From Fidelibacterota bacterium (GTDB lineage: Bacteria > Fidelibacterota > UBA8477 > JABMPR01): a DNA stretch of 64,000 nt. The notes under the pieces were generated by a model that saw nothing but the letters and a program-made list of their open reading frames with translations, searched no databases and was not told the DNA's origin. The number at the start of each line of letters is the position of its first letter. The stretch's first letter is position 1. Shown one piece after another: positions 44,272 to 56,347 of the stretch. Both the position numbers and the translations under genes were made by a program. The stretch lies in assembly GCA_013203185.1 (NCBI GenBank), contig JABMOS010000118.1:23006-87005 (forward strand). Reading direction: 5' to 3'.

Positions 44272-44745
44272 CTATTGGGGGCTGTTGGGACCGAATATTT
44301 CTATTAAAGCCTGATTCCTGTAATCGAAAATTCGCTTGAGTTGAGCTTGAATAAAAAATTTATTCGCCATAGCTCCAAGAATTCCAAAGGGGGGTTGATA
44401 ACTGATGATATCTCGCATAAAAATGCCTCCTGCCTGTGCTTCAAGATGATGCTCATGATGCCACATGGAGTAAGGCCCCACTCGTTGCTCATCAATAAAG
44501 AACTTCCCTTGCTGGATCTGGGTGATCTCAGTAACCCAGGTCGTGGGAATTCCCAGTATGGGGCTGACTCGATATCTGATTATCATACCTTGATACATCT
44601 TCTCTGGGAGTTCATCTGAAGTAATCTCAAACCCCATTGAGGGCGGGGTAATCTTCTGCAGGTTAGCTGGAGATGAGATAAAATCCCAGACTTCGTCAAG
44701 GCTGGCGGGAACCAGCTGGGCTCGTTTAAATTGGTAAAAGGCCAT
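44272..44745 (-). CDS. SRPBCC-superfamily protein (cyclase/dehydrase-like ligand-binding fold)
   Basis: Size and pattern (VWDFISSPANLQKITPP...GPYSMWHHEHHLE) are typical of the SRPBCC COG4276-like family. Confidence 0.6.
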   Translation of the reverse strand: MAFYQFKRAQLVPASLDEVWDFISSPANLQKITPPSMGFEITSDELPEKMYQGMIIRYRVSPILGIPTTWVTEITQIQQGKFFIDEQRVGPYSMWHHEHHLEAQAGGIFMRDIISYQPPFGILGAMANKFFIQAQLKRIFDYRNQALIEIFGPNSPQ

Positions 44746-44783
44746 GAATATTGTAATTCCTTTTCAAATCTTGGAAATCAACA

Positions 44784-47333
44784 TTATGCTGAATTCCTAC
44801 TTGCATTAATGTTTCCATATAGGGATCGCAGGACAATCTTTTCATAGCTACTTTTTTTGTCCCCACCAGCTTCAATTTTTTGCATGGCATACTGTTGAAT
44901 CAGAAGCAGGGGCAGCACGATTCGCTTCCTAACCTCAATGGATTCTCTGGAAACAGATTCCTCTTCCATGAGATGATTATAACCTGAGATGGATAGAAGC
45001 ATTTCAATTGATAGAAGGTATTCATCATTGAGAATGTTCCAGAATTTAGCATATTCCGGGTCGTTGGCTATATATCGGGTTAGATCAAAATCGCATTTGA
45101 AAAGCGACATCATACTGTTGAGCATAAGGGTCTTGAAGTAGGGAACATCTATAAACAGCCGCTTTAGCTCATCCAATCTTCCCTGGTCAACCAGGGTTTT
45201 TATGGCCGTACCCACACCAAAATAACCCGGTACATTTTGTTTCATCTGACTCCAGGATCCCACAAAGGGAATCGCACGCAAATCATCCAGTTCTAGTTTC
45301 TTTTGAGTTCCCCTTTTAACTGGACGACTTCCGATATTAGCTTCCGAATAATATTGTAAGGTGCTCTTATTTTCTAGATACGGAATAAACATCACATGAT
45401 TTTTTAGATTAAGATATTTATTGTGACTCAACTTTGCCAGATCTTCAAGAAGGTCTCGCTCCTCGCCTGAAATGGTGATCTCTTTATCGTAGATTACATT
45501 TGACAATCCAGCGGTTAGCAACTGCTCACAATTATGTGTGAAATGTTCTTTGGTTCCGTAGCGGCTGGTGATGGTCTGCCCTTGAATTGTCATTTGAATT
45601 TCATGCTTGGCAATCTGTTTGCTCTGGGACGCATAGAAACGATTTGTTTTCCCTCCACCACGAGCCGGTGGTCCTCCGCGACCATCAAAAAAGATTGCTT
45701 TAATATCATGGCGTTCACAGATGGCAGACAAGGATTCCTTTGTTTTAAAAATCGCCCAATTTGCCTGGAGATAGCCACCATCCTTTGTTCCATCCGAGAA
45801 GCCCAACATGACCGTTTGTTTATTGTGGCGTTGCACCAAGTGTTTTCTATATAAAACTGTATTAAAGAGTGCATCCATTATGGTCTTTGAATGTTCCATG
45901 CCTTTCATGGATTCAAAGAGTGGAACAATATCAAAAGGCAATTGATCCCCCTTCCACCCACACCATCTGAAAAGTGCAAAAACAAAAAGTACTGAGAAAA
46001 CATCTTCCGAGTTGCTGATGATATACCGATGACACCCTATCTCTCCATTTTTGGCCTGGATTTCTTTTAGAGAAGAAATGGTTTGCATGGTATCTCGAAT
46101 GAGTTCATCCTCGTATTGTGTAATATCCAGTAGCAATTCTTTCGTGGTGAGAATCTTAACCAGCTCATTGGAATCAAGTTCGTCTAAGCTATTGTCAACA
46201 AGCCCCTCTTTCACCAGGATGGCCTCTATAGTTTTGAGGTGGACGCGGTGATCCTGGCGAATATCCAATGACGCAAAATGCGACCTGAATATTTTCACCT
46301 TATCGATCACTCTGTCCAGATCTTCCAGATACAATCCATTGTTTTTTTTTCGAATAATGTCCCTCACCTGAAGTAGAGGATCGAGAAGATTTCTATAGGA
46401 GATAGCTTTTTCAGAATCATAAGTGGCAGTGTAGAGTTTGTTTCGCAAACTAGCGACGATTTCATCTACACCCTTAAAAGTCAGTTTTAATTCGAGGTCT
46501 TTTATATCCCAATAGTAGCACTTCATCAAACTCATTCTGAGATCATTGGCTACTTCCATAGTCGTTTTTGAAGTAACAAAAGGATTTCCGTCTCGATCTC
46601 CCCCTGGCCAAAACCCTAACTGAATAATATTATGATTGTCAAAGTCATCCGTACCAAGATTGTGCTTGATTTTCCAATAGAGATCTCCAATGGCATCATA
46701 GTATACGTATTTGAGGTAGTAGATCAGGTTTTTGGCTTCCTCAAGCGGCGTGGGTCGTTTTCTATTAAGTAGAGAGGTCATCCCCAACTGCTGAAGAACC
46801 TGGTCAATACGATTGACATCATTCTTTTTGATGAGCTTGCGCAAATCACTAATAATATTTAGAACAGCCTGGGGGTAAAATTGAGTGGGATGTGCTGTGA
46901 GTACCAAGCGCGCACTAAATACAGATAGCTTTTCTAAAATTTCTTTGGTCTTGTTCTTGGAGTTTAAGAGGGTGAAAAAATCATTTAGGGATAGATCGGA
47001 ATGATATTTTTGAAGCTGACCAAAAGAGGCATCTTCAACACTGTCAAACAATACCACCTGCCGCTCAACATATTGGATAACGTTGAACATAAATTCAATT
47101 TTTTCTGTCTCAGACTTAATCTCTGAGTGGGTAGTAAAGAATGCATCCAGAATTTCCAGCGGTTCTAGACCTTCTGCCAAACCCTTTTTTGCCACTTCGT
47201 GCAAAATAGGAATGAGGATTCCAACATTGCTTATGCTTTCTGAAGGAAGATTTAAAAACAGACTATTGTAGATATTGAATTTATTTTTGACCCATTTTTC
47301 ATAGGTTTCGATTCTTACAATTTGATTCTTCAA
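44784..47333 (-). CDS. ppc: Phosphoenolpyruvate carboxylase
   Basis: VLTAHPTQ, GFWPGGDRDGNP, FFDGRGGPPARGGG and MLGFSDGTKDGG. TTG start with no nearby ATG. Confidence 0.93.
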   Translation of the reverse strand: MKNQIVRIETYEKWVKNKFNIYNSLFLNLPSESISNVGILIPILHEVAKKGLAEGLEPLEILDAFFTTHSEIKSETEKIEFMFNVIQYVERQVVLFDSVEDASFGQLQKYHSDLSLNDFFTLLNSKNKTKEILEKLSVFSARLVLTAHPTQFYPQAVLNIISDLRKLIKKNDVNRIDQVLQQLGMTSLLNRKRPTPLEEAKNLIYYLKYVYYDAIGDLYWKIKHNLGTDDFDNHNIIQLGFWPGGDRDGNPFVTSKTTMEVANDLRMSLMKCYYWDIKDLELKLTFKGVDEIVASLRNKLYTATYDSEKAISYRNLLDPLLQVRDIIRKKNNGLYLEDLDRVIDKVKIFRSHFASLDIRQDHRVHLKTIEAILVKEGLVDNSLDELDSNELVKILTTKELLLDITQYEDELIRDTMQTISSLKEIQAKNGEIGCHRYIISNSEDVFSVLFVFALFRWCGWKGDQLPFDIVPLFESMKGMEHSKTIMDALFNTVLYRKHLVQRHNKQTVMLGFSDGTKDGGYLQANWAIFKTKESLSAICERHDIKAIFFDGRGGPPARGGGKTNRFYASQSKQIAKHEIQMTIQGQTITSRYGTKEHFTHNCEQLLTAGLSNVIYDKEITISGEERDLLEDLAKLSHNKYLNLKNHVMFIPYLENKSTLQYYSEANIGSRPVKRGTQKKLELDDLRAIPFVGSWSQMKQNVPGYFGVGTAIKTLVDQGRLDELKRLFIDVPYFKTLMLNSMMSLFKCDFDLTRYIANDPEYAKFWNILNDEYLLSIEMLLSISGYNHLMEEESVSRESIEVRKRIVLPLLLIQQYAMQKIEAGGDKKSSYEKIVLRSLYGNINASRNSA

Positions 47334-47421
47334 CTATCTATTTATCCTTATGGGCCAGCTTCTGCTCACCATGAGCATGAAACAACTTATCTTATTACTC
47401 GACGAGTGAAAGACAACAGTA

Positions 47422-48057
47422 TTATAACCACCCTAATCCCAGCCCAAAAATCAAAACAGCAAGCACATCAAACCCCCAGATGGCACCCACGGTGATAATT
47501 TTTTGTTTCATGGTCGGCATATCATAAACCCAGAAGGCTACTACAAAAAAGGTGAGATAGCCAAACAAGAAAATGAGCCAGGGGGTATTGGCATCCCAAA
47601 AGGTCCAATCCCAGGTAAGTGCACCTACAGAATTAAGAAGTATCTCGATAACCACACAAAAAACGGAACCTGCTATGGCTATGAACCACCTGTTGGGAAC
47701 ACCAAGAATTTTATCTTCTTTGCTGGGGAGTAAAAACTTTGTCCAGATAACACCTGACACAGCAAACATAAACATGATCTCAATGTTTAGTCCAATGAGA
47801 ATGAGATAGGCAGTCTCACCTGGTGCACACCAGAGTGGCGCCCAACCAGCAAGTTTAAAAATTACTGAGTTCATGATCTCATTGAACCAGTCCATGCCCC
47901 AAAAAGCCAGCCCTGCCAGCACTGCGGCGTAATTCTTCTTCTCCATCTCAATGGCATAGACATAAAATACAAATGCCAGTAATGGAATGATATACCATTG
48001 GAAGTTTGATCCATCACGCAGCTGTGTCAGCGCTTGTTGCGAAAAATCACTGGGCAT
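47422..48057 (-). CDS. Hypothetical integral membrane protein
   Basis: About 6 hydrophobic segments, Trp-rich. No family recognised. Confidence 0.5.
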   Translation of the reverse strand: MPSDFSQQALTQLRDGSNFQWYIIPLLAFVFYVYAIEMEKKNYAAVLAGLAFWGMDWFNEIMNSVIFKLAGWAPLWCAPGETAYLILIGLNIEIMFMFAVSGVIWTKFLLPSKEDKILGVPNRWFIAIAGSVFCVVIEILLNSVGALTWDWTFWDANTPWLIFLFGYLTFFVVAFWVYDMPTMKQKIITVGAIWGFDVLAVLIFGLGLGWL

Positions 48058-48160
48058 ATTGCCTCCCCTCGTCAGAATTTTGCCAACTATTTAGCAGTCC
48101 AACAATATAGTTATTGCTCTAAGTACTTGGGGCAAAACAATCCTTTTTCAGAAGGTCAAA

Positions 48161-49303
48161 TCAAGAGTGTCTACACTTTTTCCATTCAATAAAGATGAGG
48201 GCCATTAATCCTGTGGCAATAACTGTAAAAGCTATTGCTGGGGGCTGCCCCACAGATAAAGCGATTCCGATTACCGAAATCAATACAATGATCATCCTGG
48301 GGGCCAGAAACAAGCCACTCATTCGCCAGACAGAAGCAGCAGTAAATGACACAAAAAGTACATAACCACCACCCAGAGCCAAGGCTACTGGTACTGAGAG
48401 CACATCATGGGGATGTCCGATAATTTTCTCGAAGCCAATGGCTATTCCAATAATACCACAGATGAGAGGGAAGTGCATCACAGAGTAGGCGTCCCTTGCA
48501 GAGCGACCCCGTTCAACCTTCTTTGTTTTTGCGAAATGATTTTCCAGATGTTCATTAATCCATGAGAAATAGCTCCACCATAGCAAGCAAGTAACAATGA
48601 CTGCCAGCCCCCCATTGACTAGAAGTGCCTGTGTTCGTTCTTGAATATCGAAGGCACTGGCAGCTACAATGAGAGATTCCCCCAAAGCAATAATCACAAT
48701 CAGTCCATGACGCTCAGCAAAATGTTTGGGTCGCAAATTAAAACCCTCAGAGCGCCCTCCGATACCACTTGCCATTAAATCGAGTAGGATGGCTGCCAGC
48801 CACCATATAACTCGTTGACCCGGGGAGACCAGGGCACCGCCAATCACAGCCACCAGACCCGTGATTGAAAGAAGAGCGAACATGGTCGCTGCAGACTGTT
48901 GATCCTTATGATTGGATGTAACTCGAATATAAAGTCCAAGACCTAACACCCTGATAATGACATAAGGAATGGCGAACCACATCACTTTATCACTGAAGGC
49001 TTCGGTAATAGAAGCTGCCAGAACAAAGGCTACGGCCGTAGCGATTAACACGCCCATCCTGACTTCTGCAATCCTGGTATTGGCTGCATTTAAAGCCCAG
49101 GTAAATTGTGTCCAACCCCACCAAATTAGCCAGAAGATTAATACGGATTGAACCACACTTGTAACACTAAAATGTTCTGCTGCCAATCCGGTGATCCTGG
49201 TAATGGCAAAAACAAATACCAGATCAAAGAATAATTCAACAAAATCAGCTCCTTGTTCATCGGGTGAAACCAAATGTTCAACTGGGGTTAGTATTTTTTT
49301 CAT
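48161..49303 (-). CDS. Low-temperature-requirement A (LtrA)-family membrane protein
   Basis: N-terminal VELFFDLVFVFAITRIT is the LtrA family hallmark. Polytopic, 380 aa. Confidence 0.7.
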   Translation of the reverse strand: MKKILTPVEHLVSPDEQGADFVELFFDLVFVFAITRITGLAAEHFSVTSVVQSVLIFWLIWWGWTQFTWALNAANTRIAEVRMGVLIATAVAFVLAASITEAFSDKVMWFAIPYVIIRVLGLGLYIRVTSNHKDQQSAATMFALLSITGLVAVIGGALVSPGQRVIWWLAAILLDLMASGIGGRSEGFNLRPKHFAERHGLIVIIALGESLIVAASAFDIQERTQALLVNGGLAVIVTCLLWWSYFSWINEHLENHFAKTKKVERGRSARDAYSVMHFPLICGIIGIAIGFEKIIGHPHDVLSVPVALALGGGYVLFVSFTAASVWRMSGLFLAPRMIIVLISVIGIALSVGQPPAIAFTVIATGLMALIFIEWKKCRHS

Positions 49304-49364
49304 AAAAAATTTTCTTTCTGTTTGAGTGAAGGACTACCCTATAATAATCGAAAATCTATTTTTT

Positions 49365-50948
49365 CTAAATGACCTGTTCCAGGGGATCGTCATCTTTAGT
49401 TTCGGGTCTGTTGTTGATAAACACCAAAGCCATTAGCCCACCCAGGAATGTCAAAAATGAAGCTGAGTAAGCAACCCTATTAAATGCCAATATAAACGAA
49501 TCCTTAAAAAGTGCCTCAACGGCTGACTTCTGGTCATCTGGAAGTGATGGGGGTGCTTCAGCTCCAGCAAATTTTGAAGCCTCCAGCCTGATTTCATTTT
49601 TCATTGTCTCTGATAGTTGCATACTATCCAGTTTCTTGTCGATGGAGTTATTGAAGTAGAACAAGACAAGGGCACCAAACAGTGCAACTGCAAGCACCCC
49701 AGCTGCTCTTGCTACCGTGTTGTTAATCCCTGACGCAACTCCTGCATTATTGGGGGAAACAGCGCCCATTACTGCAGCAGTTAATGGTGCAACGGTGATA
49801 CCCATTCCAATACCCAGAAGGCAAAATGAGATAAAGTAGGTCTGCCAATAATCGACTGGACCCTGTGTAACCCCATAGGTAGAGAAGAGAAAAAATCCAG
49901 CGCTTGTGATCATAGGTCCTATAATGAGGGGTAATCGAACTCCCCTCCCGTCCACATATTTCCCCATAAGTGGAGAGATACTTGCAATAAAGAGGATCAT
50001 TGGAAGCATAGCCATGCCTGTATATATCTCACTATAGTTTTGAATCTGGATCAAATTCAAAGGCAAAAAGAACAGGGCGCCACCCAAGGCACCATAGACA
50101 AACAAAGTTAATAGATTTCCCCCACTAAAAGTAGACGACCTGAATAATTTCAGAGGCATCATGGGGTGTTTTGAGGTGTACTCTACCCTGATGAAGGCAA
50201 TAAGCGCCAGGACACCTACACTCAGGGAAACCATTATTATGGGATTCCCCAAGCCCTGTTTGTGAGATTCAATAAAACCATAAGTAAGTCCAGCAAGGCC
50301 AAGCGTCACCCACAAAGCACCCCACACATCTAATTTTCCCGCATCAGGATTGAGGGATTCAGGCACTTTTGTCAACATGGTAACGAGCACGATTAGTGAA
50401 AGTGGAAGATTAATTATGAATATAACTCTCCACCACCCCATTCCGGCCAACCAACCACCTAATATGGGCCCAAAGACGGCTGTCACAGCGCTAAAAGTAG
50501 ACCAAAGCCCGATTGCGCGTCCGCGACTTTCTGAGCCAAATTGAGAGCTTAGAATTGAAAGGCTGCCTGGGGTAAGTAGTGCTGCACCAACACCCTGAAA
50601 AGAACGGGCAACAATCAATTGAAGGGGCGTTTGGGAAATGCCACAAACCAGTGAAGAGAGGGAAAATAATCCCAGACCTAACAGAAATATTTTATTCCGA
50701 CCATAAAGATCTCCCAGGGAGCCACCTACCAGGAGTAGGGCAGAAAGGAATAACGCATAGCTATTGATTACCCACAATAATTGTGTACCGGAAATGCCCA
50801 GATCAGCCTGAAGAGCAGGAAGGGCAACATTCAGAGCCGTGCTATCAATAAACACCAGGCTGGAGGCTAAAATAGTTGCCAATAAAGTCCATTTTTGAGT
50901 CCCTGTAAAACGAGATGATTGAATCGATGACGGAGATTTTTCTGTCAT
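49365..50948 (-). CDS. MFS transporter, DHA2 (EmrB/QacA, 14-TMS) type
   Basis: 14 hydrophobic segments. MFS motif A-like GSLGDLYGRNK and motif C-like region. 527 aa. Confidence 0.8.
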   Translation of the reverse strand: MTEKSPSSIQSSRFTGTQKWTLLATILASSLVFIDSTALNVALPALQADLGISGTQLLWVINSYALFLSALLLVGGSLGDLYGRNKIFLLGLGLFSLSSLVCGISQTPLQLIVARSFQGVGAALLTPGSLSILSSQFGSESRGRAIGLWSTFSAVTAVFGPILGGWLAGMGWWRVIFIINLPLSLIVLVTMLTKVPESLNPDAGKLDVWGALWVTLGLAGLTYGFIESHKQGLGNPIIMVSLSVGVLALIAFIRVEYTSKHPMMPLKLFRSSTFSGGNLLTLFVYGALGGALFFLPLNLIQIQNYSEIYTGMAMLPMILFIASISPLMGKYVDGRGVRLPLIIGPMITSAGFFLFSTYGVTQGPVDYWQTYFISFCLLGIGMGITVAPLTAAVMGAVSPNNAGVASGINNTVARAAGVLAVALFGALVLFYFNNSIDKKLDSMQLSETMKNEIRLEASKFAGAEAPPSLPDDQKSAVEALFKDSFILAFNRVAYSASFLTFLGGLMALVFINNRPETKDDDPLEQVI

Positions 50949-51045
50949 AATTGATTGGTTCAGATTGTTGATAACCAGGCTTTCTGCTTGTCTATCCGGT
51001 TGGTTTAAATCTGTAGCCGTTTACCTCCAATTTCTTCGAATAATA

Positions 51046-51540
51046 TTAGTCCTGGGACCTTTCTGGTTTGGTTTTCAGGAATATGGCAACAATGGCGCTG
51101 GTTATTACCCCCATGACTGGAGCAAAGACCGTACTCTGAATGATATAGTTTTTGAGGTTGAAGTATGCCTCAGCTTCTTCTATCGTTGCAAGGCCATTTG
51201 CTACACCATGACTGATGGCATTTTCAAAATAATGAGGACTGATGACGTAAGCTGAAATTAGTTGACCCAAGGGCGTTAATACGCCAACTATAAGTGAGAT
51301 TACAAGACCACTCATGAGTCCTTCCCTATAGGTCATTTTGCCACCCAGATCAGTAGCTCGCTTATCCCGTAATGCGAATACATAAACTGCTATAGCTATG
51401 GGCGCGAAAAAGTTTGTGTAGATCGCATGCTTGTCGATGTGGGTACTATGTAGACCAGTGAGACGTTCCAGAAGCATCCAGGCCAGGGTTACTCCCATAA
51501 AGATGAGAGCCCATTTTATTTCAGTTTTAAATTTATTCAT
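51046..51540 (-). CDS. DUF4199-like small membrane protein
   Basis: Four hydrophobic segments; the N-terminus EIKWALIFMGVTLAWMLLERLTG resembles DUF4199. Confidence 0.5.
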   Translation of the reverse strand: MNKFKTEIKWALIFMGVTLAWMLLERLTGLHSTHIDKHAIYTNFFAPIAIAVYVFALRDKRATDLGGKMTYREGLMSGLVISLIVGVLTPLGQLISAYVISPHYFENAISHGVANGLATIEEAEAYFNLKNYIIQSTVFAPVMGVITSAIVAIFLKTKPERSQD

Positions 51541-51549
51541 GGCACCCTC

Positions 51550-51927
51550 CTATTGTCTTGAATGGATTCCGATTGCATTGCCCTCACTGTCTTCAAGGAT
51601 GGCAATAAATCCGTGTCCGCCAATAGCGTGTTTGGAGCTTAACACCTTGCCGCCAGCGGCACCTGCGCGACTCTCCTCGTTAGCACAATCAGCAGAGTTG
51701 AAGTAAACCATAGTTCCACCCCTTCCCGGCGCGTAACCATCACTCTTTGCCAATGCTCCTGCTGCATAAAGGCCGTTTTCAACCCAGGGAAACCCCATAA
51801 GCATTTCATTGGCAAAACTAAAGTCTTCGAACTCCCCACACTGTAATACGGCCCGATAAAAATTTACGGCTCTCTCCATATCATCAACATAAATTTCAAA
51901 CCAGCCAACGACATTTGCTTGACTCAT
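51550..51927 (-). CDS. VOC (glyoxalase/bleomycin-resistance) family protein
   Basis: VGWFEIYVDDMERAVNFY and a C-terminal GHGFIAILEDSEGNAIGIHS. ATG at 51927 is preceded by AAGGAGG; the track start at 51978 is rejected. Confidence 0.75.
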   Translation of the reverse strand: MSQANVVGWFEIYVDDMERAVNFYRAVLQCGEFEDFSFANEMLMGFPWVENGLYAAGALAKSDGYAPGRGGTMVYFNSADCANEESRAGAAGGKVLSSKHAIGGHGFIAILEDSEGNAIGIHSRQ

Positions 51928-52075
51928 AATTCCCTCCTTAATTTGAGTATATACATGACTACAGCGGTCACCTTTCAATATCCACTGCTTTCAGATAAAA
52001 TACAAGCCTGTTTAAAGATTTAGGTTTTAGAGGGGGTGTTTGTCTGATACCCCTACACCAGGAGGATCTTGGGTC

Positions 52076-53353
52076 TTAGCTATTTCGACGGCTTACCAGT
52101 TTATTCAGGAAAGTAGATTTCAGGGGCTCAATGGCCATGAGTGCCTTCACAGGTGGCGTTTTCTCCAGGACACTTAGAACACGGCCCAGTGTGCGATGGC
52201 TAAATCCATCGTAGTCATAGAAGATTAAATCAGAAAGCTTGCCTCGTTCTATGGCCATGGCAGCATATTTATCAAAACTGCTTTCTGGCGTATAAATTCT
52301 TTGTGGTCGAGCCTTCATGGCAGCTGAACCTGTAGTACAGTATGTGGGACAGACACCACAGCCCAGACAGACGTCCTCATCCCGAACAGCTTTCTGTTTC
52401 TTGCGACCATTCATCTCATACTTCACCATTTCAATGGCGTCAACTGGACAGGCAGATTCACATTTTGCGCAACCACTGCAGGTTTCTCCATCAATCTCAA
52501 CAATCCAGCTTGAAGACACAATGGCGTTATTCATATCGAAGGTTTTTATGGCTTCCATCATCCCACAGCAACATCCACAGCAATTGCAGATGTAGCTCAA
52601 GTCATTTTGAACATTATCTCCAGTTTGTGCCAGGCCTGCCTCTTTACTTGTCTCTAATAGGCGCATGGACTCAGAAACAGAGACATGTTGTGCCAGACCA
52701 TTGTACACGAGAACATCAGCTGCTCCGCCAAATGAAAGACAATTACTCTGCTCATGGTCACAAGCTTTGCCAAGATGTTCGGCCTTGTGTCGACAGGCAC
52801 ACAAAGAGACTGCATGGGAACTGGCGTTTTTAACCACATGAGATGCCCGGTCGTAATCCAGAATTTCGATATGATCACCCTGAGGTAGAGATTCCTCTCT
52901 GGGGAGTGAACGCCCCACCTGGGTTTGACCTTCAAACACAGCTCTGCTGAAGCGATCATTCTCCAGCATATATGTTTCGAATAATTGGGCAATTTCTTTC
53001 ATGGGGGCATCTGGTCTTGAGCGCATAAATGTGTATTCAAAAAAACCGATTACCACAGGAGGGAGTGCAACATATCGGCGGCCTTTTCGCTCCATATCCA
53101 CAACCAGACCACGGTGTGCTAAATCCTGAATCAGGTCATTGAGCTTGTCTTCATCCATATTGAGTTTTGTAGCCAATTTGGCTGTTCGAGTTGGAATTGT
53201 AGGGAAACGGCGCACGAGCCTGGCTTCATCAGGCGTAAACAGGAGTTCTAAAATTTTGGTGAAAGTTGGCGACGCTGGCGCGCCTGTTATATGTCGGTCA
53301 AAACGTTGCTGAAGCAGGCGGTACTCTCGGTGCTCACTGACAATATGTCCCAT
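52076..53353 (-). CDS. 4Fe-4S dicluster domain protein with N-terminal winged-helix-like region and Cys-rich CNCCGCCCG motif
   Basis: CSGCAKCESACP and CLGCGVCPTYC ferredoxin motifs, plus CACRHK and CNCCGCCCG clusters. ATG at 53353 with GAGGGA upstream. Confidence 0.7.
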   Translation of the reverse strand: MGHIVSEHREYRLLQQRFDRHITGAPASPTFTKILELLFTPDEARLVRRFPTIPTRTAKLATKLNMDEDKLNDLIQDLAHRGLVVDMERKGRRYVALPPVVIGFFEYTFMRSRPDAPMKEIAQLFETYMLENDRFSRAVFEGQTQVGRSLPREESLPQGDHIEILDYDRASHVVKNASSHAVSLCACRHKAEHLGKACDHEQSNCLSFGGAADVLVYNGLAQHVSVSESMRLLETSKEAGLAQTGDNVQNDLSYICNCCGCCCGMMEAIKTFDMNNAIVSSSWIVEIDGETCSGCAKCESACPVDAIEMVKYEMNGRKKQKAVRDEDVCLGCGVCPTYCTTGSAAMKARPQRIYTPESSFDKYAAMAIERGKLSDLIFYDYDGFSHRTLGRVLSVLEKTPPVKALMAIEPLKSTFLNKLVSRRNS

Positions 53354-53672
53354 AGATCCCTCAAATTGATTAGCGAATAATATAGCTGAGAGGAGCAACA
53401 ATATATGCTCTGTTTTTCATTGAAAGAGCTTGGCCTTGGGAGACCTTTTACTATATTGCTTCACATGAGAGCTGGCATTCATGTGACCCTAAGATTCCCC
53501 CTCATTTCCGGCCTCTCAAAAGCAACAACCCCAGCAAGTTATGATTTAAACCGATGGAAGCTTCACAAGCGTTAGACCATGCATATCGAGGTGGCCCATA
53601 TCAGTACCAACGCTTTCACACCGGCACTGGCACCACCAGGAAAACAAACGCTCCTGAACTTACAGCCACTAA

Positions 53673-55316
<1,644 letters not shown>

Positions 55317-55482
55317 CGCCATTTTCAAACCCTGCACGGGTTCAATCTTTTCTGATTCACAGGATTGAACTTCAAGCAATAATTATTAAATTTACCTCCT
55401 GATCAGCTAACCCAGTTTCAGTAGTTACAATCATTCGGTGTTACCAGCACCAAAATCCACTTATCTATATTGGGAGAATACC

Positions 55483-56166
55483 ATGAATGCAAAAGCTGTT
55501 TCAAGTTCAGGTCATCGAGAGAGATTGAGAGAACGTTTTTTTCAAAATGGAATCGAATCATTCCACGATTATGAGGTTCTGGAGCTCCTCCTAACCCTGG
55601 CAACCCCCCGAAAAGACATGAAACCCCAGGCCAAGGAATTGATTAGACGTTTTGGAAATCTGGCAGGAGCACTGGAGGCTCCCACTTCAGTGCTTCTGGA
55701 TATTAAGGGGATGGGACAAGCAAATGTTTTTGCCCTAAAACTTCCCCATGCCGTGGGCCGGAGGTATTTATTTGAAAAAACCCAGGGCAAAGATTATCTC
55801 AGATCCAGCAAAACGGTTAAGGATTACCTCACCCACAATTTGCGTGAAAGAAATCGCGAGGTGTTTATGGTTATTTTTCTAGACGGTCAAAATCAGATCA
55901 TCAAAATGGAAGAACTCTTTACTGGGTCGCTCACTACTTCAGCTATCTATCCCAGAGAGGTCATCCAGAAAGTTTTGAGTTATGATGCCGCCAGTGTCAT
56001 TCTGGTTCATAATCACCCATCTGGGTCGCTCACACCTTCAGGGAGTGATCGGGCTGTGACAAAAAAACTGAAAGTAGCCCTGGCTTCCATTGACGTGGAA
56101 ATTCTGGATCATCTGATTGTCGGTGGGAATGAATTTTTCTCATTCGCTGATCATCGGCTTTTATAG
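55483..56166 (+). CDS. radC: RadC-family JAB/JAMM domain protein (UPF0758)
   Basis: N-terminal GHRERLRERF...YEVLELLL (HhH region) and an intact JAMM motif VHNHPSGSLTPSGSD. ATG at 55483 with GGGAGA upstream. Confidence 0.88.
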   Translation: MNAKAVSSSGHRERLRERFFQNGIESFHDYEVLELLLTLATPRKDMKPQAKELIRRFGNLAGALEAPTSVLLDIKGMGQANVFALKLPHAVGRRYLFEKTQGKDYLRSSKTVKDYLTHNLRERNREVFMVIFLDGQNQIIKMEELFTGSLTTSAIYPREVIQKVLSYDAASVILVHNHPSGSLTPSGSDRAVTKKLKVALASIDVEILDHLIVGGNEFFSFADHRLL

Positions 56167-56347
56167 TACCCAGGATATAATTTCAGCCTTTTAATTAAAA
56201 ATTGAAGTATATCCGATGTGATGTTCGGTATTGCATCTTATTATTTTATAAATACCTACGACACTACAAAACAACAATTTATATTGATAATTATTATTTG
56301 TGATATATATTATCATATTAAACTTCAAAAACGAACGGGGAAATTGT

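Noticed and set aside
53465-53575. 36-codon ORF (MRAGIHVTLRFPLISGLSKATTPASYDLNRWKLHKR) in the pyrG upstream region
   Set aside because: It has no Shine-Dalgarno sequence, no recognisable features and no support beyond being open, so I do not report it as a gene.
55340-55370. 8-bp perfect inverted repeat (GTTCAATC-n15-GATTGAAC) after pyrG as a terminator
   Set aside because: The loop is long (15 nt), the stem is AT-rich and no U-tract follows. It may be a weak terminator or an operator for radC, but the evidence is insufficient to call it.
55483-56166. Annotating RadC as a DNA repair protein
   Set aside because: The historical radC repair phenotype was traced to another gene. Only the JAB/JAMM metalloprotease-like domain is supported by the sequence, so I give a family-level call only.
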